DNA of 56,966 bases, the filler included, from Fonticula-like sp. SCN 57-25 (Eukaryota): the NCBI GenBank assembly GCA_001724245.1. It is 4 parts of 4 records of this genome, joined end to end, with 100 filler letters (N's around TTAATTAATTAA, not from the genome) between each part and the next. Parts side by side here need not be neighbours in the genome. Positions count along the whole stretch, not along the records: positions 13,442 to 29,775 come from MEDX01000177.1; positions 29,876 to 43,000 come from MEDX01000178.1; 2 more parts are not named here. One strand, 5' to 3'. Position numbers and translations under genes: made by a program. How positions within the stretch are numbered: the stretch's first letter is position 1; every line of letters begins with the position of its first letter. Shown piece after piece: positions 25,682 through 38,943 of this stretch. Below the pieces are notes generated by a model. The model searched no databases. It saw nothing but the letters and a program-made list of their open reading frames with translations, and had not been told where the DNA came from.

Positions 25682-26547
25682 TTACTGGCTCGACTGGTAC
25701 CACGGCTGACGCATGACCTCATCGAGATACGCGTCGTCGCGTTGATAGCGCGCCTCTGACGGCGACATGCCGTAATCATATGTGCGCTACACTGGCGTGT
25801 GAGTACAAATAAACAAAAAAAAAGTGTTTTCCCGGCGGCGGCACGCACCAAAAAGAGCGATGGGTCGAGCTCAGTCGAGCTGCCGACTGGAATGGACGGC
25901 TGCTGGACGAGCGAGGATGATGCGGGCAGCCCCGATCCTACCCACACGCGCTGCTTCTGGTACGTCTTTAGGAAATTGCGGCTGTCCTCGAGCGCCTTTC
26001 GCTCCTTTGAGCGCTCTGTCTCGATCGCCTTTCTGCGAGCTGCGCGCATCGTGATGCGTCAGAGATCAGCCGGGCAAAAAAATGCAAGCGCACCCTTGAA
26101 GGCCTGCACCTGGTGAAATGTCCCGTCGATCGTGTTCTTTGCCAACGAGCCCTCGAAGCGGAACGGGTCGGGCTCGTCGTCGTCCGGCCCCTCATCGTCG
26201 TACGCCTTGACCCACGGCAGCGGCGCCTTGAGCAGCTGCTTTCGCCGAGCGAGGGTTTCCGGCGCCGATGACCGGCGCGGATGCAGCGCGCCGAGCGATG
26301 ATGACGCACCGGCCGCCGACTTTTTCGTCTCCTTATTAACCACAGGGACTGCGCCGTTCGTGGGCGGCCCGTCATCGGCATCGCTCTCCCCGCCATCGCT
26401 GTCCGTCTCGCCGCCGCCGGCGTCCTCGTTGCGCCCGCCGTCATCTACATCTTCGAGCGCGCCGCCATCAGATTCCATGCATGCCGCACTACAGTACAGA
26501 CGCCCACGCGTGTGACGACCACACACTGTGCACCAGTCCACATCCAT
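25682..26547 (-). CDS. Protein with N-terminal Ecl1-like zinc-binding motif (multi-exon)
   Basis: MDVDWCTVCGRHTRGRLYCSAACMESD (C2-C2 with LYCS..C), followed by a low-complexity region. The 3' exons are inferred. Confidence 0.6.
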
Positions 26548-26760
26548 ATCGCATCGCCGCACCGCTTGGCGCAGGACACAAAAATGTAGGACTTGACTCA
26601 GCAAAACGGTTACGAAAATCCGCCAACTTTGAAAACAGTGAACGTTTTCTTTCTCGGCAGCAGACCGCCCTCGCGCCCTCCTGCGCCGCGCCTCTTTTCA
26701 CGGCGTTCGTTGGCGGATCCGCTTCCCAGTGAGCGTGTCCGGACAAGGGAGACAGCAAGC

Positions 26761-28227
26761 ATGGCGCAATCTATGCAGAATCTGGAGGGGCAAATGCGCA
26801 TCCTCAATGTCGCCGATCCCAAGCAGATGATGGCGGCACCGCGCAATGAGAACGTTGCCGCGGGCGCCTTGAACCGCCCCGTTAGCAACTTGCCGACCTC
26901 CACGGCGGCTCAGCGCCCCGTGGGCATGAGCACCATGAGCAGCGCGTCGCAGATCCGCCGCCCGATCTCGACCGCATCGACGACTACTTTGGGAACCGCG
27001 CAGCCGCGCGCGATGCCGGCCCCGATGTCGAGCAGCAGCACCGCGGGCGCCGCGCCCGCTCGCCGTCAGCTGGTTGCACCCAACCGTGTTCCTATTTCTT
27101 CCGCGCAGGTGAGCGCGCCCGCTGTGTCTCGCGCGGCCCCCGCGCCTGTGTCTGTTGCTGCGCCCGTCGTCGCTGCTCGCACCGCATCGTCAGAATCGAC
27201 GCCCGAGATGAGCCCCGAAGGGACGGAGACAACGCTCGACCTTGACCAGGAGGAGGCCGCTGTTGTTGCTGCTGCGGCTGCGGCGACTGGCTCAACGTCC
27301 TCGTCGTCGTTCCCGCAGGAGGCCGACGCCGCTGTTGAGGCGGCCGTTGCTGCCGCTGTTGCCGGCTCGACCGGCGCCCAGCGCAAGTGGACTCTGCAGG
27401 ACTTTCATATTGGCAAGCGCCTTGGCAAGGGCAAGTACGGAATTGTTTTCCTTGCTCGCGAGAAGCAGTCTGGATACATTGTGGCTCTCAAGATCCTTTT
27501 CAAGGAGGCGCTGCACAAGTATGAGATTGAGCGCCAGCTTCGCCGCGAAATTGAGATTCAGGCTCGCCTGAGGCACCCCAACATTCTCCGCCTTTATGGC
27601 TACTTTTATGACGCCAAGCGCGTGTTTTTGATTCTTGAATATGCGCCGCGCGGGCACATGTTTAGGATTCTTCAGAAGCGCGGCAGCTTCCCCGAGCCCG
27701 AGGCTGCGCACTACATTTACCAGATCGCCCACGGCCTCATCTACCTTCACAAGCACAACATTATTCACCGCGACATGAAGCCCGAGAACCTTTTGCTCAC
27801 GCTAAAGAACGAGGTCAAGATTGCCGACTTTGGGTGGTCGGTGCACGCGCCGAGCTCGCGCCGCCAGACGCTCTGCGGCACGATGGACTATTTGGCGCCC
27901 GAGATGGTGGAGGGCCGCGAGCACGACAACTCAATTGATATCTGGACGCTCGGCATTCTTCTGTTTGAGTTTTTGACGGGCAAGCCGCCGTTTGAGCACA
28001 GCGAGGCGCGCCTCACATACAAGCACATTAGCAAGGTCATGTTTACCGTGCCGCCGACCGTGTCGCATCAGGCCGAGAGGCTAATTCGCGGTATCCTCGT
28101 TCACGACCCCGCCAAGCGGATGGCGCTCGAGGCCGTCATTACGCACCCGTGGATCCTGGAGCACGTCCCGGCCGCGAGGGAAGCGCTCGCCCAGAAGACG
28201 GGCACGCTCAGGTCGACCTCGTCATAG
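26761..28227 (+). CDS. Aurora/Ipl1 family kinase (intronless)
   Basis: [88 protein letters not shown]-terminal RMAL..V..HPWI. Confidence 0.96.
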   Translation: MAQSMQNLEGQMRILNVADPKQMMAAPRNENVAAGALNRPVSNLPTSTAAQRPVGMSTMSSASQIRRPISTASTTTLGTAQPRAMPAPMSSSSTAGAAPARRQLVAPNRVPISSAQVSAPAVSRAAPAPVSVAAPVVAARTASSESTPEMSPEGTETTLDLDQEEAAVVAAAAAATGSTSSSSFPQEADAAVEAAVAAAVAGSTGAQRKWTLQDFHIGKRLGKGKYGIVFLAREKQSGYIVALKILFKEALHKYEIERQLRREIEIQARLRHPNILRLYGYFYDAKRVFLILEYAPRGHMFRILQKRGSFPEPEAAHYIYQIAHGLIYLHKHNIIHRDMKPENLLLTLKNEVKIADFGWSVHAPSSRRQTLCGTMDYLAPEMVEGREHDNSIDIWTLGILLFEFLTGKPPFEHSEARLTYKHISKVMFTVPPTVSHQAERLIRGILVHDPAKRMALEAVITHPWILEHVPAAREALAQKTGTLRSTSS

Positions 28228-28266
28228 CCTGGAAAGGCCTTTCTGTTTGTCGGTAGATCTTGCCGG

Positions 28267-29775
28267 ATGCCTGTGCTTTTATTGCCCTTTTGTACACTGT
28301 TTTCCCTTTCTTTCGCTTTGTTTTCCAATAATTACCAATGTTTAACGCTCTTTTCCGGCCCCGCTAGCTCCTGCCGCGCGCCCCTTTACGTCGCTTTGAG
28401 GAGATCAGACAAATCAGAAATGAATCAGAGAAATCAGCAAAGTATTGTCAACAAACCAATCTGCTTGGCGCGTTTGGCCGCCAGTTCCCCTCTCTGCCTC
28501 TTTGCGAAAGGAGCGGCCGCGGGGCATCTTTTGGAGACGGCGTCGTCAAGCAAGCCCACGTTAGAGGACGAGTTATCTCGGCTTTCGGTGTTTCCTTCGC
28601 CGACTGTTGCACATCCACCGAGCCCCGACTTTGGCATTGTTTCTTCCCCAGCCGCACCTTTGCCGCCTCGTCGCGTCGCGTCGGCGGTCCAGTTAGATCA
28701 GTTAGGTCAGTCTTCGAGCAGCGGCCCCCCCTCTGCGACGCTTGTGCACGGCACCGGGAGCATTGCTCGCGACTTCAAGTACTCTTCCAATTCCCTCACG
28801 AGTTCAATGATGGAGGGCGAAAGCAACAAGCGCAAGTTTGGCAATGCCGGCATCATGGACCGCGACATTATTGTCGGCGTCTGCGCAATGTCCAAAAAAG
28901 TTCAAGGCAAAGAAATGCGCGAAATTCTCGCTCGTCTGCGCAGCTTCCCCGATTTTCAGCTGGTCATCTTTAGCGACGATGTCATTCTCAATTCCCCCAT
29001 TGAGGAATGGCCGCTGTGCGACACGCTCATCTGCTTCTTCTCGACCGGCTTCCCGCTCGACAAGGCCGAAGCGTACGCGACGCTGCGCAAGCCCTTTATG
29101 GTGAACGACGTCTCCATGCAGCGCGTCCTCATGGACCGCCGCAAGACGTACGCGCTCCTCAAAAAGATCAACATCCCCGTCCCGCGCCACGCGTGCATGA
29201 GCCGCGACGCCGAGCTCGCCCCAACCTTTGTCGTCGAAGAAGACTGCATTTACGTACGAATTTTGTGGTGGTTTTTTAGTGTTTTTTGGGGGGGTTTTGG
29301 AGGGTTTTGGGTTTTTTCAGTGCTTTTTCGTGCCTTTTCGTGCACTTTTCCTTTTAAAGTGCTCATTTTTTTCCTCTTTCCAGGTCAATGGCGATCGCTT
29401 TGAAAAACCCTTTGTTGAGAAACCCGTCAGCGGCGAGGACCACAACATCACCATCTACTACCCCCGCGCCGCCGGCGGCGGCTCGCAGCGCCTCTTCCGC
29501 AAGGTCGGCGACCGCTCTAGCGCCTTTTACCCCGACGAGAACCACGTCCGCACCGACGGCTCCTACATTTACGAAGAGTTCCTGCCCACCCAAGGCACCG
29601 ACGTCAAGGTCTACACTGTCGGCCCCTCCTACTTTCACGCCGAGGCGCGCAAGGCGCCGTCCGTCGACGGCCGCGTCACTCGCAACGAGGACGGCAAGGA
29701 AGTGCGCTACCCAATCATGCTCACCGCCGAGGAAAAAGCCATGGCGCTCAAGATCACTCTGGCGTTCAAGCAAAC
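28267..29775 (+). CDS. VIP1: Inositol pyrophosphate kinase VIP1/PPIP5K, N-terminal ATP-grasp part (3' truncated; start uncertain)
   Basis: VGVCAMSKK...[102 protein letters not shown]. Confidence 0.95.
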
Positions 29776-29875
29776 NNNNNNNNNNNNNNNNNNNNNNNNN
29801 NNNNNNNNNNNNNNNNNNNTTAATTAATTAANNNNNNNNNNNNNNNNNNNNNNNNNNNNNNNNNNNNNNNNNNNN
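29776..29875. other. Artificial contig spacer
   Basis: N44-TTAATTAATTAA-N44. Confidence 0.98.
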
Positions 29876-30705
29876 GCACGTGGCCCGTCCGCGCCGGCTG
29901 CTGGGCTTCATGCGCGCGGGCCGTCCATTCCTGGTGCAGGTGGGCGACCTAATCAGGGGTCGCCACGTAGGCCGTACGTTCAGGTTTTTGTTTACTTTTC
30001 TTTGTTTTTATGGACTTTTTGTCTATTAAAGAGGTTACTTTTGGTTCACTTTTGTCTATTAAAGAGGTTATTCTTGTGTTAATTTTGTCTATGAATCTAA
30101 ACTTTTTTTTACTATTTTGTGTCACATTTGTCTATGAATCTGGACTTTTTTACCTTTTTTGTGTTACTTTTGTCTATCAATCTAAACTTTTTTCCCTTTT
30201 TTGTGTCACTTTTGTCTATGAATCTGGACTTTTTCCACCTTACTTTCTTACTTTCTCTCTATCAAACCCACCTTTTCTCCTTTCCTTCCTCTTTTCCATC
30301 CTCTTTTCCTCACCCACTTTTTTCAGTTCCACTCGCCAGCGCGCCCCCAACCTCTCCAGCTCCCAAACCACCGAAGTCTGGAACAACGTCATCAAGCCCA
30401 CGCTCGTCGAAATGATGGAAGCCGCGCCGACAGCCGAGTCCAAAAGCGCCGTTTCTGCCATCCAAACGCACTTTGAAGAGATTGCGACGACGCAGCCGAT
30501 GCTTCTCGGCGAGTTTTTGACTGACATGATGGACAATTTGCGCAAGCAGCCGACGCTGAGGCGCATGTTTGGCGCGCTCGGGTCGCGGCTGAGTACGATT
30601 GCGCTGCCGCCAGAGACGGCGTCGGTGACGCAGACGAGCAGGTCGGCGGCGTATTTGCAGCATAGGTGGAGGCGGCGCGTGGGCGATGAGATTCATCAGC
30701 TGTGA
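29876..30705 (+). CDS. 3' end of a probable STE20/GCKIII-like kinase (MST3/SOK1/Sid1-type C-terminal helical region); 5' truncated
   Basis: Last exon VWNNVIKPTLVEM..AVSAIQTHFEEIATTQPMLLGEFLTDMMDNL..SRSAAYLQHRW, preceded by a T-rich intron (~29985-30339). The kinase domain itself is not in the window. Confidence 0.5.
30010..30235 (+). repeat. Degenerate intronic tandem repeats (TTTTGTCTATTAAAGAGGTTA x2; TGTGTCACwTTTGTCTATGAATCTGGACTTTT-like units)
   Basis: Recurring TTTGTCTAT core, about 6 copies, seen directly. Confidence 0.8.
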
Positions 30706-30860
30706 TGCGATTATTGCTTTGGTTTTCGTACGAGTACGCACAGCGCAATGCACTGCTTTTCGATATAATTATTGTACACAATCCTTGCTAAACGAAATAC
30801 ATTTTTAATTGGAAAAGATGCAAATATGACAATTTCAAGCCCAAAAATCTGCTTTTACGG

Positions 30861-31020
30861 CACATAAAAACCTTTTTTCTGCTTTTAATGTATTCAAATA
30901 TAACTATTGTCTCTGTACAAGTTTTCTTTTTAAATCTGCTTCTACGACACATAAAGAACCTTTTTTCTGCTGCTTTTAATGTATTCAAATATGACTATTG
31001 TCTCTGTACAAGTTTTCTTT
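30861..31020 (+). repeat. ~90-nt tandem duplication between convergent gene ends
   Basis: CACATAAA..CCTTTTTTCTGC..TTTTAATGTATTCAAATATrACTATTGTCTCTGTACAAGTTTTCTTT occurs at ~30861 and ~30949. Confidence 0.85.
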
Positions 31021-31045
31021 TCCTTCTCCCTTTCCTTTCCTCACA

Positions 31046-34000
31046 CTAGTCGCTATCAGAGCTGCTGTCGCTGTCGCTATCGCTGTCCGAATCGCTATCG
31101 CTGTCACTATCCGAGTCGCTGTCGCTGTCGCTGCTGTCTGAGCTGCTGTACTGAACCGCGACGGGCGCCGGCTTGGGCGCATTCTTGAGGAACTCGCGCA
31201 TGTCCTCCCTATCAAAGCAAACATTTGTGAGTCCATAGTGCCAGCAATAAGGTCCATAATCACAATAAGATCCATAGTCACATCAACAAGGTCCATAATC
31301 ACAATAAGATCCATAATAAGGTCCATAGTCACATCAATTATGTCCATAGTCAATAAGGTCCATAGTCACATGGTCCATAATGACATCAACAAGGTCCATA
31401 GTCACATCAATAAGGTCCAACATCAACAATGTCCATAGTCACATTAACACATTAATAATGCCAATAATCTACTATTAAATATACGTACGTGAGAGCGCCG
31501 AGACCGATGGACGTAAAAAAGTTGATTGCAAACCTTGTCTTTTTCGGATGGTCCTTTGGAAAGATCCCCTCAAACGCCGCCCTCAGCGTCGCCTCCTGCA
31601 ACCTCTCATTCAACTTGCGCAGCCCGAGCGTCTCTGCGAGCTCCTGGAAGAGAATCTTTATAAAGATGCGGCTCGACGCGTTCGTCTCGTCCTCATTGAG
31701 GTGGATGTGGTGCAGGTGCGCCCAGTTGATGGCGTCCTTTGCAAACAGAAACGCAAAGAATTTGGCCACGTTGCGTAACCGGTGCGTCTCGAGGCGGTGC
31801 ACCGACTCGTACTGCTCGGCAAAGGCCGCTTCAAAGAGGCCCTGCCACTGGCGGTTGAGCAGGCAGAGGCGCTCGCCCATGAGGCCGTAAAAGGTCGAGT
31901 AGTTGCGCTCCTGGCTGCAGCACTCGATGATCATGGAGACGTAAATGTGCTCGGTGCCGGGCACGCGCTGCATCTTGAGCAGCTTGTGAAGGGCTTCCTC
32001 AAAGGTGGCGGACGACATGAGGGTGAGGTAGATGGACTTGCGAAGGTTGATCAGGTTCGTTTCGGTGAGATCGGTCACTTCGTTCGTCGCGGGCGCGGCG
32101 GCGCCGCCCTATCAAAAGAGCAGAAATCATGTCAGAAACACTCGCAAAGCACGTAAAAATGTATCAAAAGGTATCAGAAAAGATGCGTACGTCTTCTTCG
32201 TCGTCGTCCTCGTCTTCCTCTTCTTCCTCGTCCGACTCGCTGCCGAGAATCTCCTTCTTGACCTGCGCGTACTTGTCCTCATTCGCGACATACTCGGGGT
32301 CAAACTTGAACACATCCAGCGTCTCCTCAACATCCAGCTCCTGCAAGCATGTCAGACAGGCCACAAAAAGGAAAGAAAAAACATGGCAAAAGTGGCGCGT
32401 ACGTCTTCGAGGTTGAGCATGTGCGTGATCTGGTCGTCTTCCTCGACCAGGTCGAGGTCCTCGGGCACGGCCGGGTTGTCCTTGAACTTGTCCTTGCGCA
32501 CCTGCATGAGCACCTCAATCATGTACTGGACACTGTCGGCGACCACGTCAGCGCACTGTCGGCCATGCTGCATGTTAAAACGTACCGCTTGTCGATCTGG
32601 CTCTCGTGGAGAATGCTGCGGAAGCGCTCGAACACGGCCATGGTGCCCTTGGGCGACACGTCGGTGAGGTACTGGCCGCACTCGCGGATGAAGCCGACGG
32701 CGATCTCGACAGAGTCGTCTGTGGGGCGCTCGAGGAGGAGCATGAGGATCTGGAGAGGGACGAGCTCGTGGACGACGCGCTGGTTGACGAGGTGCGCGAG
32801 GAAGCGCGTCGTGGAGAGGCAGACGGTCTTGTCATTGCGGCGGAAGGCGCGCCTAAAGTTGGACTGCAGCGGTGTCAGAATCGGGAAGGCATAAAAACGC
32901 ACAAAAAGGCACAAGAAGGCAGCAAAAAAAGGAAGAATATGCAACAAAAAAGGGCCGAATATGCAACAAAATACGCTTAAAATACGCTAAAAAGCATTTA
33001 ACGACGAGCAAAAACATACATTTACATATTCAAACACACACTTTACTTTCCCATTTCCAACCCAAATTCAAAATGATGTCGCACCATGAGACGCGTTACG
33101 ATGAGCTCGCCGTTGGCGGGCAGCTTGGTGTTGACGACGGCGACGAGCGCGGCGTAAATGGGCGTGAACGTGGGCGACGCGGCCTGGGCGCGCATGCACG
33201 AGCGAGCAAAAATGCCCCTTCCGCGGATCAAATTCTCGCCAAAGAGTTCCGGAACGAGGTTTTTAATGTTACCGACGTTGACCTTGTTGATGATGCCGTT
33301 GATGCTCTTCTTGAGCGCCTCCCACGCCATGCGCTGGAACTCGACCGTGCTGGGGTCCTTGACGTCGCGCTGCATCATGGCGAGGCGGGCCGGCGGAATG
33401 TACGCGCCGCCCGTGCGGGACTTTGACTCTAGCCAGGCTGTCACATCGGTGTTGTGCTGGCGGCGGACCTCTTCATCAGGGTTCACGGGCGCGCTGAAAA
33501 AGAAGGGTAAGTCAAAGGTACATATAAAGAGAGAAAAAATAGGTAAAAATGACAAGAAATGAGCAACATGGTGCACAAACAGCATGGCAAAAGGGCAAAG
33601 AAAAGCACGACGAATGTCATGAAGCAGATCGGCATAAAGGCCTCCTGAGCATCACGAGCGAGCGAGAAAAAGAGCAAAGCATCAAAGCCTCTCTCATGTA
33701 ATTCGTACCGCGAAGACGGCTCGCGGCGATCTCTCTCCTGTCGCTGGCGTTCCCGCTCTCGTTCCCGCGATGGGAACCTGTCACGCCTGTCGTATCCACG
33801 ACGGCGGTCGCGGCTCCGGCTCCGGCTGCGACGGCGGTCGCGACTGCGGCTCCGGCTGCGGCGGCGGTCGCGACTGCGGCTACGGCTGCGGCGGCGCTCA
33901 CGGCTGCGGCTCCGGCGACGACGATCGGGCGATCTGCATGCCATCGCCAACGTAAGTCACTCTTCTGAACGTTACAAGAGATGGACGCACCGCGAGCGAG

Positions 34001-34332
34001 AGCGCGAGCGTTTCCGGGACGCGGAAGGCGACGCGGAGCGCTCCTTTGACCCTGACCGACTACAAAAGAACGAAAAATGGTGTAAGGTACTGAATTCGAC
34101 AAAGCGGAAAGGAAAGCCGTACGGTGGCGGTGCGGCTGCTGACGGCGCAACTGACCTGCAAAATCAGGCAACGACACGAGTCAATTCACATGAATAAAGC
34201 GATCCACTTTCCCATTCCAATACTCCTACACCACACTACCCTCTGGACAACATCACATTGACACCACAGCTACACTATCTCGACGAAGGAGCTCATCGCG
34301 TACCGCTGGGCCTCGATCACCACATCCCCCAT
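31046..34332 (-). CDS. CWC22: Pre-mRNA splicing factor CWC22 (RS-rich N-terminus, MIF4G + MA3 domains), multi-exon
   Basis: [119 protein letters not shown]-repeat tail. Confidence 0.96.
31230..31450 (+). repeat. Intronic minisatellite (GrTCCATArTCACAwyAAyAA-like, ~18-21 nt units) in the last CWC22 intron
   Basis: About 12 degenerate head-to-tail copies of a TCCATA core, with no unique spacers. Confidence 0.85.
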
Positions 34333-34691
34333 GTCGGCGATTGAGCGACGAGCTATTACTACGTCATCAGTGACGTCACTTGATATAAACACAGGCTTGT
34401 CACATCATTGTCATTGCTGAGAGGGGTGGCTCGACTATTGGCAGCCCTTGGCAGGTCTCCGGTAAGGCTGTAATCTCCGAGCCTGCAAGGTGCGCAACCC
34501 TCTTCCGCGAGGGCTGTCGATAACTTTAATGCTCACCATTTGTAAAGAGCGTGTCTCTGCTCCGCTTTTGTGGTAGAACGTTTTCGAGAAACCCGTCTTA
34601 CCATTTTGGCAAAGTTTCTTGCGCCCGTCTCCTGCCGCCGAGCGCGAGCCGCCCTTTAAGCAACATTTCGGGCCTACCTAATTAGACTAGG

Positions 34692-36612
34692 ATGTCGACT
34701 AGCGTGAGTGGCACGCCCACTACGCCGGTATGGCAATTCGCTTGCTTTGCGTTGTTTCATTTACTCATTGCTCGCGTAGGGTCCGAATGGCATCGCGCAT
34801 GCGGGCCCGACACCATCGACACCAGGAGTAGCAGGAGGCGCAAGTGCGGCGGCTACGCCGTCGTCTGCGTCGACTTCCCAGCCACAGCAACCGCAGCCGC
34901 AGCAGCCGCAATCGACGGGGCCGGCGGCACAGGCGCAAGGCGCCCGTCGGCCAAAGTGGGAGGCTGACCGCATGTGCGTTTGCCCATCTCTGTTCAAGTT
35001 TCCTGCACTCACAAAATTTCCCCTTTGTTGATCAGGTTGCACGCGTACATTTATGACTATATGTTGAAACGAAACTTTAGCGAGTCGGCAGCCGTGTTTC
35101 TTCAGGAGGCGTCTGTCCCCACGGACGCGACGCCGATCGACACTTCGACGGGTTTTCTATTCGAATGGTGGAGCATCTTTTGGGACGTTTTTTCGGCGCG
35201 CGCCAGCAAGCAGTCCACCCGCGAGGCGTCGCTGTACGTCGAGCGGCAACAGCTGAGGCAGCAGAACCGCGTTCCTTCGCAGTTTGCCTCCGTGACACAT
35301 ACCACGCCGTACATGGTGCAGCCGCAGGCAGGCTCCTCGCCCGCCGCCTCGGCGGCTGCCGCGCGCACCGGGCCGGTCATCATGAGCAACGCGGCCACCG
35401 CCGCGGTCAATGCCATGATGCCGGCATCGATGGCCTCGCCGAGCACAGAGTTTTTTGAGCCGCCGCTCGGGCTAACGGTGCGCTTCCTCTAGTATTTGAA
35501 TTTGCTTGCTTACCTGCCGCGATGCGCAGCCGACCCCCACGACGCCGGGCACCGCTCAGCCCCCGCAAGTCCCCTCGCAGCTGACGGCTCAGCAGCAGCA
35601 GGCCGCCATGGCGCTGGCCATGCAGCAGCGGGCCATGCGCGGGCAGACCATGCAGGCGCACCAGCTCAAGTTGCAGATGCAGCAGGCGCAGGCCCAGTCG
35701 CCGCACAGCCCGCAGATGCCGAGCGCCTCGCCGTCGTCGCAGCAGCAGCAGCAGCAGGCGGCGGCGGCGGCGGCACGCATGATGATGTCTGCAGAGATGA
35801 GCGATCTGTCTGCGAAGCGCGTCAAGTTGGAGGGAGCGCAGCAGCAGCAGCAGCAGCAGCCCCAGCAGCAACAGCAGATGATGCAGCGTGCGTTGATTGG
35901 CTGTAAACCTCTTTTTACGCTTCCTAACACGTGACAATAGAGTACAACGGGCCGCAAGGGCAGCCGCAGCAGTACGGGCGCACATGGTCAAACCAGCAAG
36001 GGCAGCCGATTGTGAGCCCATCGGTACGGCTGGCTTTTTTTACGGCTTGTTGCTTACCGCTGCACAGCAACAACAGCAGCTCCTTCAGCAGCAGCAGCTC
36101 CTCCAGCAGCAGCAGCAGTTGCAGCAGGCGCTGAATAATGCTGGGTCCATGGGCCCCAGGTTTTCAAACATGCAGCCCCATATGCAGCAGCAACAGCAGC
36201 AACAACAGCAGCAGCAGAAGCAGTTTGCGGTTCGCCTTGCTAATTTTGTCAATTTTCATTCTAATGTCTGTTATAGGACGCCATGAAGCTGCTCCAAAGC
36301 AACCAGATGCTTAATTCCCAAGTTTCAAACACGACGCAGCAGCAGCTCCACCTCCAAGCTCTCATGGCGCAGCTACAGCAGCAGCAGCAGTTTGCCCAAA
36401 TGTCGCAGCACAAGGGTGAAGACGACGCCGGCTCGGCCAAGAGCCAACACCAAGAAATGGACGCGCAGCAGCCGCAGCAGCCGCAGTACGATAGAGCTGC
36501 CTTGTTGAAGCAGCATCAGCAGCAGCAGCAACAGCTGTTCCAGATGCAGCAGGCGCAGGCGCAGGCGCAGCAGCTTCAGATGCAGCAGCACCTCTCGCGG
36601 CAGATGAAGCAG

Positions 36613-36651
<39 letters not shown>

Positions 36652-37976
36652 CAGCAGGTGTTCCACCAGCAGCAGTCGCAGATTCAGCAGAGTCATCCGC
36701 AGCAACAGCAACAGCACCAGCAGAGCGCCCACCCCCCGGAAGGCGAGGCGGCCGCAAAGGACGATGGGATTTATGCTGTGCGCCATTCTACTCTTTTCTT
36801 TTACTTTTGCTGACGCTTGCTGCAGTTCCTCTCGACGACGCTGGCGAATGAATCTGACTTTGAGGCGGACCCGTCGTCATTCACCGACTATTTGCACACT
36901 TCCAACGACGTCGACGCCTCGACGCCGTCGACGGGCGGCTCGGGCGCGCCCGGCGCCAAGCTGTCCCCCGCGGACGCCGAGCTCTCTCTGACACTTTCCG
37001 CGACGCTCTCGGGCCACTCGGTAAAGGTCGCGTGCTGCGCCTTTTCGCACGACGGCGAGCTGCTCGCCACCGGCGGCCACGACAAGACGGTCCTCTTGTG
37101 GAGCGTGGCGTCGCGCAAGCAGATTTGCACGCTCGAGGGCCACACGCAGCTCGTGACGGACGTGCGATTCAGCCCCGACGCGCGCGGCCTGCTCGCGGCG
37201 GCCTCCTTCGACCACACCGTGCGCATCTGGACCGTGCCGTCGGCGGCGGCGGCGGCCTCGGCGGCGGCGTCCGTCAAGGTGCTCCAGGGGCACGGCGTGT
37301 CGGTGACGGCCGTCGACTTTGCCCACGGCGCCGCCATGGCCGACACGCTCTGCTCGGGCGACGCCGACGGGACGCTCAAGGTGTGGTCGCTCAGCACCGC
37401 GTCGTGCAGGGCAACAATGCGGGTACGCAGGGAAAAGGCGTCTTTTTGGTTTATTTTCTAACTTTTATTTGCCAGATTGGCACGGCCATCAAGAGCATAC
37501 GGTTCAACCCGCAGCAGCCGAGCCTCGCCGCGGTCGCGACCAATACGCTCATCCACCTCGTGGACGTGTCGCGCGGCGTGGTCGTGCACACTGTGAACGG
37601 CCAGCACCAAAAGACGGTCAACGCGTGCGACTGGTCGCGCGACGGCAAGCTGCTCGTCAGCTGCTCGGCGGACGACGCGATCGTCGTGCTGGACCTCAGC
37701 GGGTCGTCGCCCACGGTCAAGGCGTCGCTCGCCGTGAACGAAAAGATGTTTTCGTGTGTATTCTCGCCCGTCTCCTCCTCTGTAGTCTACTTTGGCTCGT
37801 ACCAGTCGATCCACGCGTGGAACTTTGCGACGTCGTCCCGCCACGTGCAAGCCGCCCACGACAACCTCATCCCCTGCCTCGCCACCACCGTCATGCCGGC
37901 GGCCGGCGGGGCACGCGCAGCGCAGCTCGCGTCCGTCTCGCACGACGCCAGCGTCAAGCTGTGGGCGCTGCATTGA
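34692..37976 (+). CDS. LUFS(LisH/SSDP)-polyQ-WD40 transcriptional co-regulator (LEUNIG-type architecture), multi-exon
   Basis: LHAYIYDYMLKRNFSESAAVFLQEA..PIDTSTGFLFEWWSIFWDVFSAR (LUFS), long CAG/polyQ tracts at ~35580-36730, then WD40 repeats (GHSVKVACCAFSHDGELLATGGHDKTVLLW, LEGHTQLVTDVRFSP, GHGVSVTAVDF, LASVSHDASVKLW). Confidence 0.9.
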
Positions 37977-38943
37977 GTTTTTTTTCTGAAAAGTTTCCTT
38001 TTTCGTCCCATATCAAGAGTGCCAAGAGCAATTCCGTGAATGGCGCCCGCTTCTGCCGCTCGCGATGTGGTCGACCTAGTCTTTGGTCGTCTGATAGTCT
38101 ATCAACCAGTTTTTGAAGTGCTGTAGTTCTTTTTCAGTTTTCTTTTTGTTTTCTTTTCCGTTACGTCTCCTTTCCACTGCATGGCATTCCTTTTCCTACC
38201 CCATAATGTATTTTCTAGCCCTTTCTTTCGCCTGTCTTGGATTGGCCAAGCAGCCGTGACACGTCCTTGATTCGGACCACGTGGTCGTGTGGTAAAGGTA
38301 AACAAATCATTTAACCACCCCAGATTCTGGCCCGGATTAAATTCCACAATTTTACGGGGGACCCGAATTTTGTCCCCCCGTGGCTATTCATTTCCCAAAA
38401 CACGCCTAGCCCTTTCCTAGTAGGGTCTGCTTTTTTCCTGAGCGCCTGCGTTGCCGGTCAAAGCCCCGCGTGTCTAACCCATCCCGTTTGTCCGGGGAGC
38501 CAGAGTAGGCTCGTCAACGCGCGCCCACCAAAGAAATACGCGCAGGCGTTCTTGTGGGAGATCCTGTTTGGAATCGACTGATTCGGGGATTTCTTGGAAT
38601 CGCGCGTGAAAAGCATCGCCACGCAGCATCGGCTGACACACGTTGCGATTTGCCGAGGACAAGCGGAGGAGAGCAAAGGGAGAGCGGAGTAAGAAAGAAG
38701 ATAACTATCCCCGCACTCTACTCTTGCTAGTGTAGAGCGGTGGATCCTTCTTTCGTCCGCTTCCTCGGATTCTGGTAACTATTTCTGTGGTATGCATCAA
38801 TCTCGCTGGCATGTCGTGTTTACTGACCTCTGGTGTGCTGCTGCCGGCCCTTTCACCCTTTAGGTTGCTTGTTTTGGTTCATTGAACACTTTTGCGCTGG
38901 AATCGGAGAGAGATCGGTAGCTTGAGCCGCCCATCTTTGACCC

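Noticed and set aside
30010-30339. Hydrophobic N-terminal half of the 231-aa ORF as a membrane protein
   Set aside because: It is the translation of a T-rich repetitive intron; real coding resumes after the CAG at ~30339.
31230-31450. Repeat array resembling a CRISPR, and the ORF-track peptides [12 protein letters not shown]... and IRSIITIRS...
   Set aside because: Degenerate head-to-tail units with no unique spacers, inside a spliceosomal intron of CWC22; no cas genes.
35580-36790. CAG/CTG tracts and antisense poly-Leu, poly-Cys and poly-Ala ORFs
   Set aside because: Explained by polyQ coding in the LUFS-WD40 gene.
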